From: Candidatus Iainarchaeum sp.
Lineage (GTDB): Archaea > Iainarchaeota > Iainarchaeia > Iainarchaeales > DTGL01
DNA: 12,695 nucleotides
Reading direction: 5' to 3'
NCBI GenBank assembly: GCA_038886995.1
Contig: JAWALG010000027.1
Coordinates: 1-12,695 of the forward strand
Shown in pieces: positions 7,635-12,695 of the stretch. The position numbers were made by a program, and so were the translations under genes. Every line of letters starts with the position of its first letter. Position 1 is the stretch's first letter. A model generated the notes under the pieces. The model did not search any database, was not told the origin of the DNA, and worked only from the letters and a program-made list of their open reading frames with translations.

Positions 7635-7865
7635 TTAGCCCTTTTTCTCAAGAGCGCCTGCAATTATTGCGCCTGTTGCTAGAAGCGCTGCTGATAGCAC
7701 AGCAAAGTCAGCCCCAGGCACTGAGCCAAAAAAGAACTTGCTAGAAATGTTGATAATCCAAAGGGTTAGCCCAAAGTACACTATGCCGAGAATTATTAGC
7801 ATCAGTGATGCTATTATTGTAACCACAAGGGCACTAAGGCCACCTAAGATCAATTTTCCGACCAC
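7635..7865 (-). CDS. Small membrane protein of unknown function, 76 aa
   Basis: GTG start with strong SD AGGGGGTGAT (7880-7871). Almost entirely hydrophobic, with about 2 TM segments and a KKG tail. Confidence 0.8.
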   Translation of the reverse strand: MVGKLILGGLSALVVTIIASLMLIILGIVYFGLTLWIINISSKFFFGSVPGADFAVLSAALLATGAIIAGALEKKG

Positions 7866-7920
7866 CCAAAATCACCCCCTTATAAAAAAGTTAAAAAAGC
7901 CAAAATATATAAAAATTTGT

Positions 7921-8979
7921 CTATATCCAACCTCTCTTTTTGAATGCAATTGCCATGGATATGCCAAGAATAGCCATAATGGAAAGCACCAAGAAGTAGC
8001 CATACTCCCATTTGAGCTCAGGCATATTTTCAAAGTTCATCCCGTATATTCCAGTAATGAATGTTAGCGGTATAAAGATTGTAGCTATTATCGTTAAGAC
8101 CTTCATTATTTCGTTAAGCTTGTTGCTAATGCTTGAAAGGTATATATCGAATAGATCAGAAATTATATCGCGGTAGGTTTCAATTGTGTCTATTATCAGT
8201 ATTGTATGATCATAAATGTCCCTAAGGTAAATTTCCGTAGTGTGGGTAATTAGCTTTGAGCTACCCCTGTGCATTTGCCCTATTGCCTCGCGCATAGGCC
8301 AAGAAGCCCTTCTTAAAAAAAGTAGTTCCCTTTTAAGCTGATGCAAAGCAACTAATTGCTTCTGCTCCGGCTTTATAATAAGCTTGTCTTCAATATGCTC
8401 GATTTGCTCTCCAAGGTTTTCAAGCACCGAAAAGTAATTGTCAACTATCGCATCTATAAGCGAATACGCTAAATAGTCAGCACCCATTTTCCTTATCTTG
8501 CCCTTGTTCTTCCTTATGCGCTCGCGCACAGGGCCAAATACATCACCCTCTTTTTCTTGGAATGTCAGCACAAAGTTTTCGCCAAGTATAATGCTTATCT
8601 GCTCAAAGTTTAGGTTGTTGTTTGCATAGTAAACCATCTTCAATATAATGAAAATGTAGTTCTCAAAGTCCTCTATCTTAGGCCTTTGGTTTGTGTTTAC
8701 TATATCTTCAATTGTGAGCGGGTGTATTCCAAAATTATTAGCAATTTTTTCTATTACTTGCGTTTCTTGTATGCCAACTATGTTTATCCAGGTTACAGTG
8801 TTTTTTTCCTTAAAGGGAAAGCATTCTTCTACCTTTTCAATAGTCCTTTCCTCGAAAGAGTTTTCGGAATAATCTATCAAATCAATCTTTGTTTTGTTGG
8901 CCAAACCATTTCCCAAATATACTGGCGTACCTGGCGGAAGACCTATTTTTTTGGATTCTTTGCTAATCACTTTTGGCAT
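7921..8979 (-). CDS. corA: Magnesium/cobalt transporter CorA
   Basis: GLPPGT, IHPLTIEDIVNTNQRPKIE, YLRDIYDH, NEIMKVLTIIATIFIPLTFITGIYGMNF (GMN signature), MPEL and second TM ending KKRGWI. Confidence 0.97.
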   Translation of the reverse strand: MPKVISKESKKIGLPPGTPVYLGNGLANKTKIDLIDYSENSFEERTIEKVEECFPFKEKNTVTWINIVGIQETQVIEKIANNFGIHPLTIEDIVNTNQRPKIEDFENYIFIILKMVYYANNNLNFEQISIILGENFVLTFQEKEGDVFGPVRERIRKNKGKIRKMGADYLAYSLIDAIVDNYFSVLENLGEQIEHIEDKLIIKPEQKQLVALHQLKRELLFLRRASWPMREAIGQMHRGSSKLITHTTEIYLRDIYDHTILIIDTIETYRDIISDLFDIYLSSISNKLNEIMKVLTIIATIFIPLTFITGIYGMNFENMPELKWEYGYFLVLSIMAILGISMAIAFKKRGWI

Positions 8980-9064
8980 ACCTATAAAATCACGATTGTT
9001 GTTTATAAACCTTAGCGCAAACTAAAAGAGAAAGGATTAAATTTATAGAATTCATTATAACACT

Positions 9065-10474
9065 ATGCAAAAAGCCAAAATTACAGTCAAAATTTTGTTT
9101 TTTTTCGTTCTAACTTTGGTCCTCTTCACACATTTATGCTTTGCGGAAACACCACCAAGGGTGGTCATCCAAAATGACGCCCTCATGGCAGGGATGTACT
9201 CACCAGTCAGGAATGACATTATTGCATATGTCTCAGATCCAGACAATGATTTGGTAGCACAAGGCGTCTTTATAAGGGTAAAATCCCCTTCAAATGCAAC
9301 ATCTTACAAAGTTTTCGATGAAACAATGCTTTGCGAGGGTACCTCTTCATACCTCACTTGCAAATATAGTGCTTTTGTTGACACTAGCTGGGGCCCAGAT
9401 GCAAACATACTTGTTGGTGCAAGGGATATGGCCTCAAACACGGGTGAGGCCTATAAAGTGGTGGATGTCCTTTACGTCTTGGAACCATCGCCAACCCCTA
9501 GGCCAAGCCCAACTATTTTACCTTCACCATCACCAAGCCCTAGCCCAACACCTTCACCCACCCCATCACCAACACCTTTTCCAAGCCCTTCACCATCGCC
9601 AAAACCAACCACAACGCCTTCTTCAACGCCAACTACCACCCCGAGGTCAACACTAACACCTACACCAACCACAACACCAAAACCAACACAAACAAAATCC
9701 TATCAACCCATATCAAATACACGAACGCCAACTCCAACAAAGGCACCAGCAGAGACACCAGCACCAACACAAACCCAACCAAAAGCGCTTACTCCAACAC
9801 CCGCAAAAACAGCAACGCGAACACCATGCTGTACGCCAACACCGACTTTATCGCCAAGGAAAAATGGCAAGCCAAATATAGAAATATCTTTTGAATATCC
9901 CAAAGAAGGGCCTATTGTGGGAGAGCTTAGCTATCTGCAAGTAAGAATAACCAAAGATGGAAAGCCAGCTGAATATGGGACTATTGATGCTGAAGTTGAA
10001 ATAGATGGCAACAAGCTAGATGGCAAGCTGGTAAGGATTAAAGAAAACCTATACAAGTTTGATTTGCCAGAACCAATAAAGGAAGAATCTGGTGAAAAGA
10101 CAATAGTGCTAAGGACTAAAGAGAGTGACCTAGAGGGAGAATCTGCTATTAAGGTCTCCTTTTCAACAGTGCAAGAACAGCCATACCTTATCGCTGTTGT
10201 GTTGTTTGTTTTAGCTTTGTGCGGCATTGCCGCATACCTCTTGTTGTCTGGGAAAGTAGGTAAAAAAATCTTTAAGCCAGCAGCAAAAGAAAAAGCTGCT
10301 AGTGGCGAGCAAGAAAAACCAGAAGAAGGTGTCACTTCCCACACTCAAGAAATTTCAAGTGAGCCAACAAAAGCCCAAGAGGAAATTATGATTGAGCAAA
10401 AGCAGATAAAGAGTTTGCCTGAAGAAACTGAGAAAAAGAAAATTAGGACTGACATAAAGTTTGATGAGCTTTAG
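9065..10474 (+). CDS. Type I membrane-anchored cell-surface protein: signal peptide, Ig-like domain, Pro/Thr/Ser-rich stalk, second beta-domain, TM helix, charged cytoplasmic tail
   Basis: Signal-like N-terminus (KAK, hydrophobic core, LCFA|E). SDPDND and ARD..SN.G resemble Ig/cadherin-like motifs. About 125-aa PS/PT region, TM YLIAVVLFVLALCGIAAYLLL followed by a Lys cluster, and Glu/Lys-rich tail. Confidence 0.85.
   Translation: MQKAKITVKILFFFVLTLVLFTHLCFAETPPRVVIQNDALMAGMYSPVRNDIIAYVSDPDNDLVAQGVFIRVKSPSNATSYKVFDETMLCEGTSSYLTCKYSAFVDTSWGPDANILVGARDMASNTGEAYKVVDVLYVLEPSPTPRPSPTILPSPSPSPSPTPSPTPSPTPFPSPSPSPKPTTTPSSTPTTTPRSTLTPTPTTTPKPTQTKSYQPISNTRTPTPTKAPAETPAPTQTQPKALTPTPAKTATRTPCCTPTPTLSPRKNGKPNIEISFEYPKEGPIVGELSYLQVRITKDGKPAEYGTIDAEVEIDGNKLDGKLVRIKENLYKFDLPEPIKEESGEKTIVLRTKESDLEGESAIKVSFSTVQEQPYLIAVVLFVLALCGIAAYLLLSGKVGKKIFKPAAKEKAASGEQEKPEEGVTSHTQEISSEPTKAQEEIMIEQKQIKSLPEETEKKKIRTDIKFDEL
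9485..9856 (+). repeat. Low-complexity coding repeat (PS/PT dipeptides)
   Basis: Encodes PSPTPRPSPTILPSPSPSPSPTPSPTPSPTP...TPTPTLSP. DNA is A/C-rich with degenerate 6-nt periodicity and no long exact tandem unit. Confidence 0.9.
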
Positions 10475-12695
10475 GGCCTGTAATCTACCAGCCGATGTAT
10501 TGCTACTTTTTCGTTTATAAAGACCTTTGTAAGGCCTTTGAACTCAAGTTCTTCAAGCAGTGTCTCATTTCCAATTACCTTTTCATTTATCAGAAAACGC
10601 TCGCTGAAAACAAGATTTATGCCGTACTTATTCAGAATTCTGGAGTCCTTATCCTTAAGGAACCTGTATGCTTCAGTCAACTTTTTCTCATCAGCGTATT
10701 CAACCATTAGGTCAGCCAAAACTTTTTTGCCTGCTTGCATTTCTATTACATGTCCGTACAGAGGATCAGAAAGAACATTCTCAGAATCACTTGAGTACTG
10801 TGCAAGATAATTAACTCCAGCTTGTGCCTGCAAGCTTGTTGTGAAGCCATGGACCAAAATTAAAGCAATGTAAAGTCCAGCCATTAGCAAAAGTGCTACC
10901 ATTGCAGTGAAAAGCTCTGTGAACTTGCTTTTATAATATTCCAAAAAATAAGCCACAAAAACTGCTGTGAAAAGGGCACTTACCAAATTGAATCGCTGAG
11001 TTACTGCTGACTGTATCGTCATTGATGCAAGGCAAGCAGCAAGTAGTATTTTCTTTTCTCTGGTGAGCTTTGTTTCCTTTCTCATAAGCCATATTCCTTC
11101 CAGCATGAGCAGCAGTATAAATAAAAACAAAAGTATGCCTGGTTCAACAAGGAGTATTGCTGGCCCAAAACTTATCAGATAGCCCCAATCCTGTGACATT
11201 ATCTGGTAAGGAAAACCAGCGTTTAGGAAAAGCATTGCATACAAAATGCAGAAAAGAGAAAAGGCCAATACAAATGGTTTTAGTATCATAAGTGCCAGGC
11301 CTTTTAGCTTTATATCTTTGCTTAAGAATAGACCAACAAAAGGCGCTGAAAAAAGGTAGAACAATGCTAATGGTATTTGCAGCATCATTCCAAAAAATAT
11401 TGCTGTTGAGCCCAGAAGCCACTTCTTTTCAGCAAACAGCATCAGCGAAATCAACAGAAATGCAAACGCAATTATGTGCCTTGGTGTCAGGGTGATGAAT
11501 GTAAATATTAGCGTGTTCATTGAAAAAAGCACAGGCATCATTACTGATGCTTTTTTGATTCCGAGTGACTTTGCAAAAGCGATTGATGAAAAAACAAAAA
11601 ATATTGCAGCAAAAGCTGAAGTTAGAGCAAACAACCCAGTGTCTTGTAGGCCTGTAAATATAGAAAAAGCACCTTCAAGGTAAAAGTATCCAGGCACAAA
11701 TGTAAACGGCCTGCCAAGGTAACTTTTCTCATCATTTCTTGGAAGCCCAGCATTTTCAATGACCTGAGTTGTGCCCCTTTCGTAGAAAACATTGAAGTTA
11801 GTTGTGTGGCTTGGTGTAAACCACTGATAGAAAAGGCAAACATATAGGAAAAAGCCAGTCAAAACAATGGCCTCAATGCTAATGCTTTTCAAAAATTCCT
11901 TTGGCTTTAAGCATTCTCTTTTCAAAGTAAAATTTTTTCTGAAAAGGAAAGCTGCAATAGCAATTGCAAAGATGTAAGAACCTACAAGGACGGGCAAATT
12001 AAAAACCCTGAACATTCCTAGCAAAGTACCTAAAGCAATCAACAATGAACTTGTTGCAAAAAAAGAAAGTGCAAACTTACTGTAAAGTTCTTCTTTTGCA
12101 AAAACAAAGTTGGCAAAGACAAAAAGCCCTGCAATTATAAGAATGAACCCAAAAAGCAACAAGTTGGTGCTTTTTTCTTTCTCATATTGTACTGTTGCAT
12201 TCACCCCCAAAGCGCTTACTTTTATCTCATTTTTCCCTTCTTGCAAATTTATTTTTTCGCTAAATTTCTCCTCATTTTTTGATGGATAAACCGCTTTTTC
12301 AAAATTGCCATTTACAAAGATCTCAACAGGTGCATAAACTGATTCTGGAAAGTTTTTTACTTCAAAGTTTATGCTATTTTCCTCAACTGAAATAATTTTC
12401 AAAGTATGTGTAAATTGCTTTTCAGAGCCAATCTGCTTTTCAAAACTATAGAAAAGCCTTTTGTCATCCAATGATATCTCAGCGAAATGCTTTCCTTCGC
12501 TGAGGCCCGTTAAGTCAGCGCAAAATGTTTCCTTCTTTACCTTATTTTCTTCAAGCAATATCTTCTTTCTCACAACCTCTTTTGAATCAACATAGAAGCG
12601 CAGTTCTTTGTTAACCATGCCAGTATTTTCTGGCATCAGAAGCACTTCCGAGCATGCAACCTTTTCTGCTTTCTTGTCGAAAGAGTAAAGAGCCA
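10471..12695 (-). CDS. Multi-pass GT-C-fold glycosyltransferase-like protein (AglB/STT3-like architecture) with extra N-terminal beta-rich domains; 5' end beyond the window
   Basis: The frame stays open upstream of 12645 to the edge (..ALYSFDKKAEKVACSEVLLM). More than 10 hydrophobic segments. Loop FYER...G.P..D..SYLGRPFTFVPGYF resembles the first GT-C external loop. C-terminal VNYLAQYS..ENVLSDPLYGHVI...GKKVLAD...ILNKYGINLV aligns by eye with the STT3 C-terminal domain. Confidence 0.68.
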   Translation of the reverse strand, partial: ALYSFDKKAEKVACSEVLLMPENTGMVNKELRFYVDSKEVVRKKILLEENKVKKETFCADLTGLSEGKHFAEISLDDKRLFYSFEKQIGSEKQFTHTLKIISVEENSINFEVKNFPESVYAPVEIFVNGNFEKAVYPSKNEEKFSEKINLQEGKNEIKVSALGVNATVQYEKEKSTNLLLFGFILIIAGLFVFANFVFAKEELYSKFALSFFATSSLLIALGTLLGMFRVFNLPVLVGSYIFAIAIAAFLFRKNFTLKRECLKPKEFLKSISIEAIVLTGFFLYVCLFYQWFTPSHTTNFNVFYERGTTQVIENAGLPRNDEKSYLGRPFTFVPGYFYLEGAFSIFTGLQDTGLFALTSAFAAIFFVFSSIAFAKSLGIKKASVMMPVLFSMNTLIFTFITLTPRHIIAFAFLLISLMLFAEKKWLLGSTAIFFGMMLQIPLALFYLFSAPFVGLFLSKDIKLKGLALMILKPFVLAFSLFCILYAMLFLNAGFPYQIMSQDWGYLISFGPAILLVEPGILLFLFILLLMLEGIWLMRKETKLTREKKILLAACLASMTIQSAVTQRFNLVSALFTAVFVAYFLEYYKSKFTELFTAMVALLLMAGLYIALILVHGFTTSLQAQAGVNYLAQYSSDSENVLSDPLYGHVIEMQAGKKVLADLMVEYADEKKLTEAYRFLKDKDSRILNKYGINLVFSERFLINEKVIGNETLLEELEFKGLTKVFINEKVAIHRLVDYRP

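Noticed and set aside
9001..9010. Palindrome GTTTATAAAC as an operator
   Set aside because: Most simply the TATA box of corA, about 22 nt upstream of ATG 8979; short AT-rich palindromes are expected by chance.
9485..9856. Repetitive A/C-rich DNA as a CRISPR array or VNTR
   Set aside because: No constant repeat with unique spacers; it is in-frame Pro/Thr/Ser coding with degenerate third positions.
9472..9903. Antisense Gly/Val-rich ORFs (9472..9672, 9703..9903) and the alternate-frame His/Gln-rich ORF 9294..9656
   Set aside because: Shadows of the PT/PS repeat, whose codons lack stops in other frames.
489..11843. Numerous 60-140 aa ORFs antisense to or overlapping the recognised genes
   Set aside because: No motifs or start signals; explained as shadow ORFs of well-supported CDSs.
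10471..12695. Calling the large membrane protein aglB
   Set aside because: WWDYG and the first-loop DPY motif are absent, so no gene symbol is assigned.
1..12695. Alternative genetic code (stop reassignment) suggested by the in-frame TAA at 7635
   Set aside because: Conserved genes here end at TAA or TAG at the expected family C-termini and have no internal stops.

Overview
Gene-dense, AT-rich archaeal chromosomal segment. Evidence for Archaea: aIF5A, deoxyhypusine synthase, stand-alone Taw1, GGTGA-type SD sites and TATA/BRE promoters. A DPANN-type host such as Iainarchaeota/Micrarchaeota is inferred, not shown. Gene order: partial small membrane protein (-), membrane-anchored serpin (+), dhs and eif5a as an enzyme-substrate pair (-), taw1 (+), ornithine carbamoyltransferase (-), endonuclease III (+), basic ORFan (-), arrestin-N/Spo0M-like protein whose probable N-terminus is separated by a frameshift in a T7 run (-), flavin reductase-like protein with a probable CTG start (-), 76-aa membrane protein (-), corA (-), Pro/Thr/Ser-rich surface protein (+), and a 5'-truncated AglB/STT3-like GT-C protein lacking WWDYG (-). 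No RNA genes, CRISPR arrays or mobile elements were seen. Most notable: the atypical AglB-like transferase abutting a mucin-like surface protein, the frameshifted membrane-anchored arrestin-like gene, the CTG start or in-frame read-through arrangement, and a perfect 9-2-9 palindrome upstream of the serpin. All family calls come from motif recognition by eye; no searches were run.
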